NCBI GenBank assembly: GCA_036343175.1
Contig: JAZASR010000042.1
Coordinates: forward strand, 1-16,775
DNA length: 16,775 nucleotides
Source of the DNA: Lachnospiraceae bacterium
Lineage (GTDB): Bacteria; Bacillota; Clostridia; Lachnospirales; Lachnospiraceae
Direction: 5' to 3'
The first letter of the stretch is position 1. Every line of letters starts with the position of its first letter. The translations under genes and the position numbers were made by a program. Positions 1-6,719 of this stretch are shown here, in pieces. The notes below the pieces were generated by a model. It ran no database searches and was not told the DNA's origin. It saw only the letters and a list, made by a program, of their open reading frames with translations.

Positions 1-16
1 CGAGATGAAAATCATG

Positions 17-322
17 CCTGGTAAACCAGCTTTTCAAAGCACGCAGGGCGAGCTTGTTTGAAGCATCTTCTGATATAACAGTGGTAATTGCTTTGATCAC
101 ATTCAGAAGATGCGAGTTGAAAAGCACAAGTGCTAATCAAAGAAAAGCTGGTCCAGGCACAGTTAAATATACCCTAGAAATTGCCCGATATTTGCCACTC
201 ACACGTGGCAAATATCGCAGGCAATTTCCAACGAATGGTGTTTACACCATTCGTTTGTGACCAAACAGTATTGCTTACAGCTCATCCCCGCAAACCGTAG
301 GGGAGAAAAGTATATTTTTTTA
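17..322 (+). other. ORF-free structured region upstream of mrnC: possible ncRNA or long 5' leader
   Basis: Stop codons in all three + frames within the first 60 nt; the listed ORF 54..260 has no RBS. Nested inverted repeats: ccagcttttc (26-35) pairs with gaaaagctgg (142-151), enclosing a 10-bp hairpin gcatcttctg (63-72) / cagaagatgc (104-113). Further hairpins: ttgccac-tcacac-gtggcaa (192-211); ccaacgaatggtg-ttta-caccattcgtttg (229-258); tcccc-N10-gggga (285-304) followed by a T-run at 316-322. Confidence 0.3.
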
Positions 323-353
323 TAGTTTTTATAGTTGAAGGAAGAAAGAGATT

Positions 354-809
354 ATGTGCGCGAACAGTTTGTATGGACTCATTCAGGACGAGTTTGGAGA
401 GAATAAGCTTGAAGCGGGCGGATATTCAGGGCTCGCGCTTGCTTACATAGGCGATGCCTTTTATGAAGTGATCGTCAGGACATGCGTTATGAGGGATGTT
501 AAGAAAAAGGTGAATGTTCTGCACAGGGAAGCAACCCAATATGTAAGGGCGGGATTCCAGGCAAAGCTCATAAAGACGATCGAGGATGAACTGACTCGGG
601 AAGAGGCCGATATATATCATAAAGGGCGCAACGCCCAGAGTCATACCATGGCAAAGAATGCCTCTGCTGCAGAATACAGGCTTGCGACAGGATTTGAAGC
701 GGTAATGGGATATCTGTACATGCAGAATAACGAGAAAAGAGCTTTAGAACTAATTAAGCTTGGATTCCGGAGAGTCAATGAGAGGGAAAATGATGAAGGA
801 AAGAAATAA
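354..809 (+). CDS. mrnC: Mini-ribonuclease III (Mini-III, RNase III-like 23S rRNA maturation nuclease)
   Basis: 151-aa ORF with a GAAGGAAG RBS upstream. Its size and its position directly before rlmB and sigH match the conserved Firmicute cysS-mrnC-rlmB-sigH neighbourhood. Contains the ALAYIGDA...E motif of the RNase III catalytic signature family. Confidence 0.8.
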   Translation: MCANSLYGLIQDEFGENKLEAGGYSGLALAYIGDAFYEVIVRTCVMRDVKKKVNVLHREATQYVRAGFQAKLIKTIEDELTREEADIYHKGRNAQSHTMAKNASAAEYRLATGFEAVMGYLYMQNNEKRALELIKLGFRRVNERENDEGKK

Positions 810-1674
810 TTATCATAGTGATAGAAAAGAAAGATCTTATGACCGTAGGATAAGGAATGAGAGATCTTCGCGCAATAATGCTGAATATGATGGCCAGGGT
901 CCTGAAGATACTGACATGGATGAGGAGAACGCATCGTCGTATATTGAGGGCAGAAATCCGGTAATAGAGGCTATGAGAGCAGGTACGACCATCGATAAGC
1001 TTTTTGTCCTCGAAGGCTTGAGGGACGGACCGATTAGTTCGATCCTGAGGCTTGCAAAGAAAAATGATGTAGTTGTGAATTTTGTGTCAAAGACGCGCCT
1101 GGATCAGATGTCAGTGACAGGCAGCCATCAGGGTGTAATAGCCCAGGCAGCTGCTTTTCATTATTCTGAAATAGATGATATATTTGCAAGAGCTGAGGAA
1201 AAAAAGGAAGATCCCTTTATCGTTCTCTGTGATAATATAGAGGATCCGCATAACCTTGGATCTATCATAAGGACTGCCGATCTTGTCGGCGCTCATGGAG
1301 TTATCATTCCAAAAAGACATGCTGTCGGCATCACACCTGTTGTATTGAAGGCATCTGCCGGAGCAGTGGAATATCTTCCGGTCGTTAAGGTAACAAATAT
1401 TTCAAAGACTATTGAAGCATTAAAGGACAGGGGTCTCTGGTTCGCGGCTGCCGATATGGATGGGGAAGTCATGTATGATGCCAATATGACCGGGCCGATA
1501 GGTCTTGTTGTTGGCAATGAGGGCAGCGGCGTTTCAAGACTTGTGAAGGAAAAATGCGATTATACAGTATCGATCCCTATGCAGGGCGATATCGATTCTC
1601 TCAATGCATCTGTAGCTATGGCAGTACTTTCTTATGAGATCAGACGTCAGAGGATGTTTTTAAGCCGGAAATAA
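790..1674 (+). CDS. rlmB: 23S rRNA (guanosine-2'-O)-methyltransferase RlmB (SpoU/TrmH family) with an N-terminal low-complexity extension
   Basis: The ORF track opens at 760, but GAGGG (782-786) sits 3-6 nt before ATG 790/793, which favours that start. Body shows SpoU substrate-binding and methylase motifs (GRNPVIEAM, VLCDNIEDPHNLGSIIRTA, GNEGSGVS, SLNASVAMAVLSYE). Overlaps the 3' end of mrnC in another frame. Confidence 0.85.
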   Translation: MMKERNNYHSDRKERSYDRRIRNERSSRNNAEYDGQGPEDTDMDEENASSYIEGRNPVIEAMRAGTTIDKLFVLEGLRDGPISSILRLAKKNDVVVNFVSKTRLDQMSVTGSHQGVIAQAAAFHYSEIDDIFARAEEKKEDPFIVLCDNIEDPHNLGSIIRTADLVGAHGVIIPKRHAVGITPVVLKASAGAVEYLPVVKVTNISKTIEALKDRGLWFAAADMDGEVMYDANMTGPIGLVVGNEGSGVSRLVKEKCDYTVSIPMQGDIDSLNASVAMAVLSYEIRRQRMFLSRK

Positions 1675-1680
1675 TAATTT

Positions 1681-1702
1681 ATCTGATGTTTTGACATCAG
1701 AT
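1681..1702. repeat. Perfect 9-bp inverted repeat (atctgatgt / acatcagat) with a 4-nt loop in the rlmB-sigH spacer
   Basis: Seen directly. Followed by an A-run on + rather than a U-run, so it is not a canonical intrinsic terminator. It overlaps a TTGACA hexamer. Confidence 0.4.
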
Positions 1703-1719
1703 CTAAAAAAGAATACAGA
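1691..1719 (+). promoter_or_regulatory. Candidate sigma-A-type promoter for sigH (perfect -35 TTGACA, 17-nt spacer, weak -10 TACAGA)
   Basis: TTGACA at 1691-1696. The -10 is poor, so this is low confidence. Confidence 0.2.
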
Positions 1720-1768
1720 TCCCTGACCTTAAACAGTCAAAAGATTAAAGGATCTGTCATGGGGAAAT

Positions 1769-2380
1769 ATGAAAGAAAATTTGTCAGAGACTTCCAGACT
1801 GATACCTGCTGCCAGATCAGGCGATGAAGCAGCAATGGAAGAACTTCTGTCCTCCTACAAATGGCTCGTACGCCTTATTGCAAAGCAATACTTTATGGCG
1901 GGGGCAGAGGAGGATGATCTTATCCAGGAAGGGATGATCGGGCTGTTTAAGGCTGTTCGCGACTTCGATCCCGAAAAAAATGTTCCATTTTCCAACTTTG
2001 CAGGCCTTTGTATAAGGCGTCAGATCAATAAAGCGGTCGAGAAGGCAAAGGCCGGTAAGAATGCTCCTCTCAATGAATATATATCGCTTGCCGATATAAC
2101 GGAAAACGGAGAAGTATCTGAAGAAAACATCATCGACAAGACCTCAGCAGAAAGCACTTCAAGGAATCCCCTTGATCTGCTGATAGAAAAAGAAACCCTG
2201 GAGAGGGCTGTATCTGATATCTTAAGCAGTTTAAGCTCCTTTGAACGCACTGTTTTTGAAGGCAAGCTTCATTGCTTCACGAACCGTGAGATAGCGGATT
2301 CACTATCCGTAGATGTCAGGTCCGTTGATAATGCTGTTCAGCGCATTAAAGCAAAATACAAAAAGCTTCTCCTGTTATAG
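1769..2380 (+). CDS. sigH: Sporulation/stationary-phase sigma factor sigma-H (sigma-70 family)
   Basis: Strong resemblance to remembered B. subtilis SigH regions: LIQEGMIGLFKAVRDFDPEK...FSNFAGLCIRRQINKA versus IVQEGMIGLYKSIRDFKEDK...FKAFAELCITRQIITA, and a C-terminal DNAVQRIKAKYKKL region 4 helix. Sits downstream of mrnC-rlmB as in Bacillus. Confidence 0.88.
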   Translation: MKENLSETSRLIPAARSGDEAAMEELLSSYKWLVRLIAKQYFMAGAEEDDLIQEGMIGLFKAVRDFDPEKNVPFSNFAGLCIRRQINKAVEKAKAGKNAPLNEYISLADITENGEVSEENIIDKTSAESTSRNPLDLLIEKETLERAVSDILSSLSSFERTVFEGKLHCFTNREIADSLSVDVRSVDNAVQRIKAKYKKLLLL

Positions 2381-3235
2381 AAATTCTATTTCCGGATCTG
2401 TCTCATCATTCTTTAAACTGCGTATCATTTCTGAAAAGAAGACAAGTTTCGTCACCGCCGAACGTATCTCGCGCATAAAGTAGATATTATTCCTGGTCTT
2501 TGAACGTACGTAATTATTATTCACAAAATGCACAATGCTGCTCATCTGGGCAGCTTCCTCAAATTCTATACTGTATGGAACGAAGGCGATCCTGGACATA
2601 GGTATTCCTTTCATGCGAAGGGCATGAACTATATCGAAATCTGATTCTGCCCTATATCTGCATATAAGAAAGAAAGCCTTGTTTCCAATGGAAGAAAGAT
2701 AATTCGTTACGAAAGTCCTGTACATTTCCCTGTTTTGCAGCAGGTTTACCACTACTATATCAGCTGAGCTTATTACTATCTGCGAAGTAGTTCCCCCGAA
2801 TCTCTGAATGTCCGTAAAAGTATAGTAGAAGTATTTGTTGAGTGACTTATAGAGCTCACGATATGTGCGCGAGAACCGCTCATCAAATATCTCGGAGTTA
2901 AGTATTCTGCTTTGGGGAATGTAAATGAAATCCTTGAAATACACCTGCATACTTGCAGAAAGGATCGTTTCTTTATTGATGCGTTCGCCATTCAGTATCC
3001 TCTGCATGATGATTTCGATCCCGCGCTTATCATATACCGTGTTTTCAGCAGCTGCGCTGATCCCATATCTATTCATAAATACGCTTCCAAGGTTCAGAGG
3101 ACTGTATCCGTTTTCCAGTAGGATACAGCTGACTCTTCTGTCGAAATTTATAGCAGAGCTTAATAATGCAAGGTTAGCAGTTACGCCGACATAGCCCTTT
3201 ATATTACACGGCGGCTTCCAGAATGCAATTGTCAT
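2375..3235 (-). CDS. Hypothetical 286-aa soluble alpha/beta protein with no family recognisable by eye (possibly GT-A/Rossmann-like)
   Basis: Long intact ORF. RBS aagaaAGGcgaagat precedes the ATG at 3235 (reverse complement). Hydrophobic beta-strand-like segments alternate with helices (YVGVTANLALL, VSCILLENG, IVISSADIVVVNLL, AFFLICRYRAESDFDIVHAL). No TM segments. The stop TAA at 2375-2377 directly abuts the sigH stop TAG at 2378-2380 on the opposite strand. Confidence 0.6.
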   Translation of the reverse strand: MTIAFWKPPCNIKGYVGVTANLALLSSAINFDRRVSCILLENGYSPLNLGSVFMNRYGISAAAENTVYDKRGIEIIMQRILNGERINKETILSASMQVYFKDFIYIPQSRILNSEIFDERFSRTYRELYKSLNKYFYYTFTDIQRFGGTTSQIVISSADIVVVNLLQNREMYRTFVTNYLSSIGNKAFFLICRYRAESDFDIVHALRMKGIPMSRIAFVPYSIEFEEAAQMSSIVHFVNNNYVRSKTRNNIYFMREIRSAVTKLVFFSEMIRSLKNDETDPEIEFL

Positions 3236-3323
3236 ATCTTCGCCTTTCTTATGAATATTATGCTTTTCTTAAAGTAAAAAACAATTAATGAAATTCTGCA
3301 GTTTCATTATCGGATCATCTTTA

Positions 3324-3342
3324 CAGCCGGAATATCCGGCTG
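3324..3342. repeat. Hairpin cagccgg-aatat-ccggctg in the 5' region of the minus-strand 286-aa gene
   Basis: 7-bp GC-rich perfect inverted repeat inside an otherwise AT-rich spacer. No flanking U-run on either strand. Confidence 0.35.
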
Positions 3343-3448
3343 CCTATAAATGATTTTAAGGCGGTATTACTTAACAGTAAATCAAAATAATAAAAATCGG
3401 CATTATCAACAATGAAATATATAAATATTTGTAGATATTTTTTATAAG

Positions 3449-3466
3449 TGAACACAGATGTGTTCA
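3449..3466. promoter_or_regulatory. Perfect palindrome TGAACACA-GA-TGTGTTCA: candidate dimeric transcription-factor operator
   Basis: Arms of 8 bp separated by 2 bp, seen directly. Lies in the divergent 440-nt intergenic region, about 215 nt from the minus-strand gene start and about 160 nt upstream of the -10 of the psp-like operon. Confidence 0.35.
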
Positions 3467-3562
3467 GGTTTGGTAAAAATATACAGAAATCCAGTCGGAA
3501 TTTTGTAAATTTTTTTGTGTTTTACATTTTATGTCAGTGAAAAAAGCAGCAAACAAGAATTT

Positions 3563-3572
3563 TTTTCGAAAA
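3563..3572. promoter_or_regulatory. 10-bp perfect palindrome TTTTCGAAAA (resembles the CodY-box half-sites AATTTTC/GAAAATT)
   Basis: Seen directly. Sits at about -50 relative to the predicted -10 at 3609. Confidence 0.25.
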
Positions 3573-3583
3573 TCTGAAAAAAT

Positions 3584-3614
3584 CATTTAATACATGCTTA
3601 AATTTTGGTATTAT
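3584..3614 (+). promoter_or_regulatory. Extended -10 promoter (TGgTATTAT at 3606-3614) with a weak -35, driving the psp-like operon
   Basis: TGnTATTAT motif ending about 64 nt upstream of ATG 3678. This places the TTG/ATG-extended ORF start at 3594 inside the promoter, which argues for the 3678 start. Confidence 0.35.
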
Positions 3615-3677
3615 AGTGTTATATGTAATCGTTGCTCCATATATAAGTTTTTAGGCGTTTTGAGAAAGGAGTATCAA

Positions 3678-4118
3678 ATGGGTCTGTTCAATAAACATAA
3701 GGAAAATGAGAATAAAAGGACTCTTATGGATCTGAAGGGAACTATTGGAGCCGCAGAAGCTTCTATCAGCAGGATAGAGAGAAGCATTTCAGAGCTTAAG
3801 TCGGATGCGGAAAAGTTTGAAAAGTATTCGGAAAAGGCTTCTCAGGATGGTCAGGAAGCTGATGCTGCCGCATTTCTTGAAAAGAGCAGGAAAGCGCTCT
3901 CGGGTGCTGAAGAGCTTAGTGCTTCACTGGCCGCATATAAGGAAAAGAAAGCCGCTCTTGAAGAGTCTTATAACAAACTTTCCGGTTTCAATGATGGATC
4001 AGGAAGCGGAGCAGATGAAAAAAGCCTGCAGAGACTCATAGATGAGGCGGAAGCGGAAGCGGAGCTTTTGAAGTCTCATGAAGATGATATTAATGAGCTT
4101 GCAAAGAAATATATGTAA
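3678..4118 (+). CDS. Short PspA/IM30-family-like coiled-coil protein (146 aa)
   Basis: AAAGGAG RBS at 3665-3671, 6 nt before the ATG. Wholly helical, charged, coiled-coil composition. Begins MGLF like the PspA N-terminus. The segment EKYSEKASQDGQEADAAAFLEKSRKALSGAEELSA aligns with the remembered B. subtilis PspA core ESYAMKALQAGNESDARKFLERKTSLESKLSELQA. Confidence 0.6.
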   Translation: MGLFNKHKENENKRTLMDLKGTIGAAEASISRIERSISELKSDAEKFEKYSEKASQDGQEADAAAFLEKSRKALSGAEELSASLAAYKEKKAALEESYNKLSGFNDGSGSGADEKSLQRLIDEAEAEAELLKSHEDDINELAKKYM

Positions 4119-4122
4119 AAAA

Positions 4123-4159
4123 GGTCTGTATCAGACCATTTACAAATAAAACTTTTTTT
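4123..4159 (+). terminator. Weak hairpin (ggtctg-tat-cagacc) plus a distal T7 run: possible partial terminator or attenuator between the first and second genes of the operon
   Basis: 6-bp perfect stem at 4123-4137; T-run at 4153-4159, 15 nt downstream. Analogous to the internal terminator after liaH/pspA in B. subtilis. Confidence 0.25.
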
Positions 4160-4216
4160 AGAGGAAAAATGTCTGTTCACATGGACAGAGAGCTTAATGC
4201 GAAAGGAGCTTTTATT

Positions 4217-5194
4217 ATGGGGATTTTTAGGAAACAGTTTGAGGACGTCGTAGAGTGGAAAGAGTTTTCAGAAGATCAGCTTTTCTGGAAATGGCCTCAC
4301 AATGAGATCAAGAAAGGTTCCAAGCTCATTATCAAGCCTGGTCAGGATGCGATATTTTTAAAAGACGGTGTTATTGAGGGCGTATTTAAGGATGAAGGAA
4401 AGTATGATATCGATTCCGAGATCATCCCTGTACTTTCTACGCTTAAAGGCTTCAAGTATGCATTTGACACAGGCATGAGGGCTGAGGTCCTTTTTATTAA
4501 TACAAAAGAATTCATAATAAAATGGGGTACACAGAATCCGGTAAATATCCCTTCCGATAAGGTGCCGGGAGGCATACCTGTAAGAGCCAATGGTACCTGC
4601 AATTTGAAGGTGGACGATTATACTGCTCTTATCGACAATATTGCCGGTGTTAAGGATACATATACTTCAGACGATCTTCGCCTGAGAATTACAGCAGTTC
4701 TTTCCCAGCTCCTTATGAAGCACATCACAAAGGAAGGGAAGGATATGTTCAATCTGCAGGCATCTGCAGATGAGATAGGAAAGGGCATTGCAGATGATCT
4801 CGATATGACGCTCTCTAAGGATGGCATAAAGGTAACAAGATTCAATGTTATGAGCTTCAGTTATCCGGAAGAGATCCAGAAGATGGTTACAAGGGCTGCA
4901 GCCCAGTCAATGGTCGGAGATACCTCAAAGTATACGAACCTTACTATGGTGGATGCTATGGCTGACGGCAAGATGAATGGAGGTTCCACTGCAAGCGGAA
5001 TGGCAGAGATGATGGTAGGCATGCAGGTCGCTAACAATATGCTCAATAATATGAATGCTTCCAATAACGCATCTGCCGCTAATGTCGGACAGGCACAGAA
5101 CCTTTCAGGAGCATATCCGAAGTTCTGCCCTAACTGCGGAAAACCTGTTAACGGCAGCAAATTCTGCCCTGAGTGTGGAGCTAAGCTCGCCTGA
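4217..5194 (+). CDS. SPFH/Band-7 (flotillin-like, COG4260 'virion core protein-like', YdjI family) protein with a C-terminal C4 zinc ribbon
   Basis: Best RBS AAAGGAG (4202-4208) lies 8 nt before ATG 4217; the ORF track's 4169 start has only a 3-nt spacer. The N-terminus MGIFRKQFEDVVEWKEF...IKKGSKLIIKPGQDAIFLKDG...AEVLFINTKEF matches the remembered YdjI N-terminus. C-terminus CPNCGKPVNGSKFCPECG is a zinc ribbon. Confidence 0.8.
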   Translation: MGIFRKQFEDVVEWKEFSEDQLFWKWPHNEIKKGSKLIIKPGQDAIFLKDGVIEGVFKDEGKYDIDSEIIPVLSTLKGFKYAFDTGMRAEVLFINTKEFIIKWGTQNPVNIPSDKVPGGIPVRANGTCNLKVDDYTALIDNIAGVKDTYTSDDLRLRITAVLSQLLMKHITKEGKDMFNLQASADEIGKGIADDLDMTLSKDGIKVTRFNVMSFSYPEEIQKMVTRAAAQSMVGDTSKYTNLTMVDAMADGKMNGGSTASGMAEMMVGMQVANNMLNNMNASNNASAANVGQAQNLSGAYPKFCPNCGKPVNGSKFCPECGAKLA

Positions 5195-5277
5195 GGGCTG
5201 TGATACTTAATTTTTGTGCCCCGTAATTTAATGAAAGGTTTTTGTTTATAGTGGTAAATCAGGACAGGGTCAGGCTG

Positions 5278-5661
5278 ATGACTCAGGCCGCAATACTTAA
5301 GAAGCACTCCGGTAAGGAAATAGAGGAAGAGAGCAGGTATCATAAGTGGAGTTATACGGCATTCCATATTATTAATAATATAGTCGGCTTTACTGCAGCT
5401 TATCTTATTGCTGCCATACTCCTTATGGCCTATTTCACAGGGCAGATATTCTCCACTTCATTCATTGATAATATCCGCAGCTATCTGTGGATATTGCTGA
5501 CACCCTATCTGTTATTGGTGCTTATATATATTGTGACCGGAACAGTTCATTACGGACATAAATACGATAAGGATGCATATAAGCTTAAGCATTATCATAT
5601 GATGCTGACCGAGATAGAGAAACTGGAAGAAAATAAAGGACAGGCCGGGACCGATGAATAA
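5278..5661 (+). CDS. Small membrane protein with two predicted TM helices (about 127 aa): possible LiaI/PspB-like membrane anchor
   Basis: The ORF track starts at a TTG (5242); the first ATG is 5278, with a weak RBS. Two hydrophobic stretches (FHIINNIVGFTAAYLIAAILLMAYF; LWILLTPYLLLVLIYIVTG) and a charged C-terminus. Its stop overlaps the start of the next gene (ATGAATAA). Confidence 0.5.
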   Translation: MTQAAILKKHSGKEIEEESRYHKWSYTAFHIINNIVGFTAAYLIAAILLMAYFTGQIFSTSFIDNIRSYLWILLTPYLLLVLIYIVTGTVHYGHKYDKDAYKLKHYHMMLTEIEKLEENKGQAGTDE

Positions 5662-6625
5662 TCTGTTTATTATCAGAAAATACATACAGAACTTTTATGC
5701 CGAAAGGTCTGTACTCATCAATTATGTCATCAGGTTTATATATGCTGCATTCAGCCTTCTGAGCATAGATATGCTTGCGGGTTATAATCCATATCTTACC
5801 AGTCCTTTTGTGATCATTCTGACATCCGTGATCCTGACTTTTCTGCCTGTACAGGTTACAGTATTTGCAGCAGCGGCCTTTGCTGTTGCAAACATTTATT
5901 ATGTGTCGCTGCTTCTTGCCCTGGCGCTTGCTCTCATCAGTATGACAGGCTATCTAGTATACTTAAGGTTTGATACAGAAACGGGTATAATTGCAGGTGT
6001 GCTTATCATATTGTATGTTTTGAAGATCCCTTATCTTATACCGATAGCTGCCGGGCTTTTTCTTGAACCTGCAGCATCGATCCCTGTAATGATGGGAGTC
6101 ATGTTCTATCATATGCTTCTGGGCGTATCTACTGTAATATCTGCATCATCAGCGGACAACAGCATTTCCTTTACGGCTGCCATGAATGAAATATTTACGG
6201 ATAAGAGTATGTATGTTGAGATGATCATATTCGTATTTGTAATGCTGATCACATATCTGATAAGGTCTGTCAGAATGAAGTATTCCTATGAAATAGCTGT
6301 ATTCGCGGGATTCTTTTCAAGTATTACTTTATTTCTTATCACGAATTTCAGCCTGGATATTGCCACGCATCCTGCACATTTCTTAATAGAAAATGCGGTT
6401 TCACTGCTTCTGGCATATGTGGCGCTGTTCTTTAGGTTTACTCTCAATTATCTTGCAGTGGAGAATCTGCAATTCGAGGATGAGGATTATGTTTACTACG
6501 TGAGGGCAGTTCCGAAGATGAACATCTCCATGAAGGAGAGAAGGGTCAGAAAATTTGGCCGCGGCTTTAAGAACCTTAGAGAATCACGAGAAAAAGAAGA
6601 GGAAGAAAAAGAAGAAACCTGGTAA
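5654..6625 (+). CDS. Polytopic integral membrane protein (about 8 TM, 323 aa) of unknown family with a Lys/Glu-rich C-terminal tail
   Basis: Long ORF, translationally coupled to the upstream gene. Many hydrophobic helices. C-terminal tail RESREKEEEEKEETW. No recognisable catalytic motif. Confidence 0.6.
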   Translation: MNNLFIIRKYIQNFYAERSVLINYVIRFIYAAFSLLSIDMLAGYNPYLTSPFVIILTSVILTFLPVQVTVFAAAAFAVANIYYVSLLLALALALISMTGYLVYLRFDTETGIIAGVLIILYVLKIPYLIPIAAGLFLEPAASIPVMMGVMFYHMLLGVSTVISASSADNSISFTAAMNEIFTDKSMYVEMIIFVFVMLITYLIRSVRMKYSYEIAVFAGFFSSITLFLITNFSLDIATHPAHFLIENAVSLLLAYVALFFRFTLNYLAVENLQFEDEDYVYYVRAVPKMNISMKERRVRKFGRGFKNLRESREKEEEEKEETW

Positions 6626-6689
6626 GGACATATTTTTTTCACATACATACATTATCATGTTTGTATTATTATGTATTAATGTCGGATAT

Positions 6690-6698
6690 TGATATTAT
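6690..6698 (+). promoter_or_regulatory. Possible extended -10 (TGaTATTAT) for cdaA
   Basis: Motif lies 22 nt upstream of ATG 6720 and leaves room only for a short leader containing RBS AAAGGAGG (6706-6713). No good -35. Confidence 0.2.
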
Positions 6699-6719
6699 CC
6701 TGCAGAAAGGAGGTACTAT

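Noticed and set aside
54-260. 68-aa ORF on the + strand
   Set aside because: No RBS, lies entirely within the hairpin-rich region, and has an unremarkable composition. It is more consistent with a noncoding structured region.
2912-3194. Plus-strand ORFs 2912..3121 and 2925..3194 inside the 286-aa minus-strand gene
   Set aside because: Short, overlapping one another, no RBS. The minus-strand frame is far longer and has a proper RBS and start.
3594-3677. N-terminal extension of the PspA-like ORF (start at 3594)
   Set aside because: A predicted extended -10 promoter lies inside it, and a strong AAAGGAG RBS precedes the internal ATG at 3678. The upstream segment is Cys/Tyr-rich and not protein-like.
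4169-4216. Upstream start (ATG 4169) for the SPFH gene
   Set aside because: Only a 3-nt spacer after GAGGA. ATG 4217 has an ideal AAAGGAG-N8 arrangement and gives an N-terminus (MGIFRKQFEDVVEW) matching YdjI-family proteins. Kept as an alternative.
4861-5367. Antisense ORFs of 60-170 aa inside sigH, the SPFH gene, cdaA, cdaR, typA, leuA, the CDF gene and leuC (e.g. 4861..5367, 7567..8001, 8059..8511, 12358..12666, 15021..15296 on the minus strand)
   Set aside because: They lie opposite strongly supported sense genes with clear family motifs, lack RBSs, and have skewed composition (Ser/Leu/Cys-rich). They are typical shadow ORFs.
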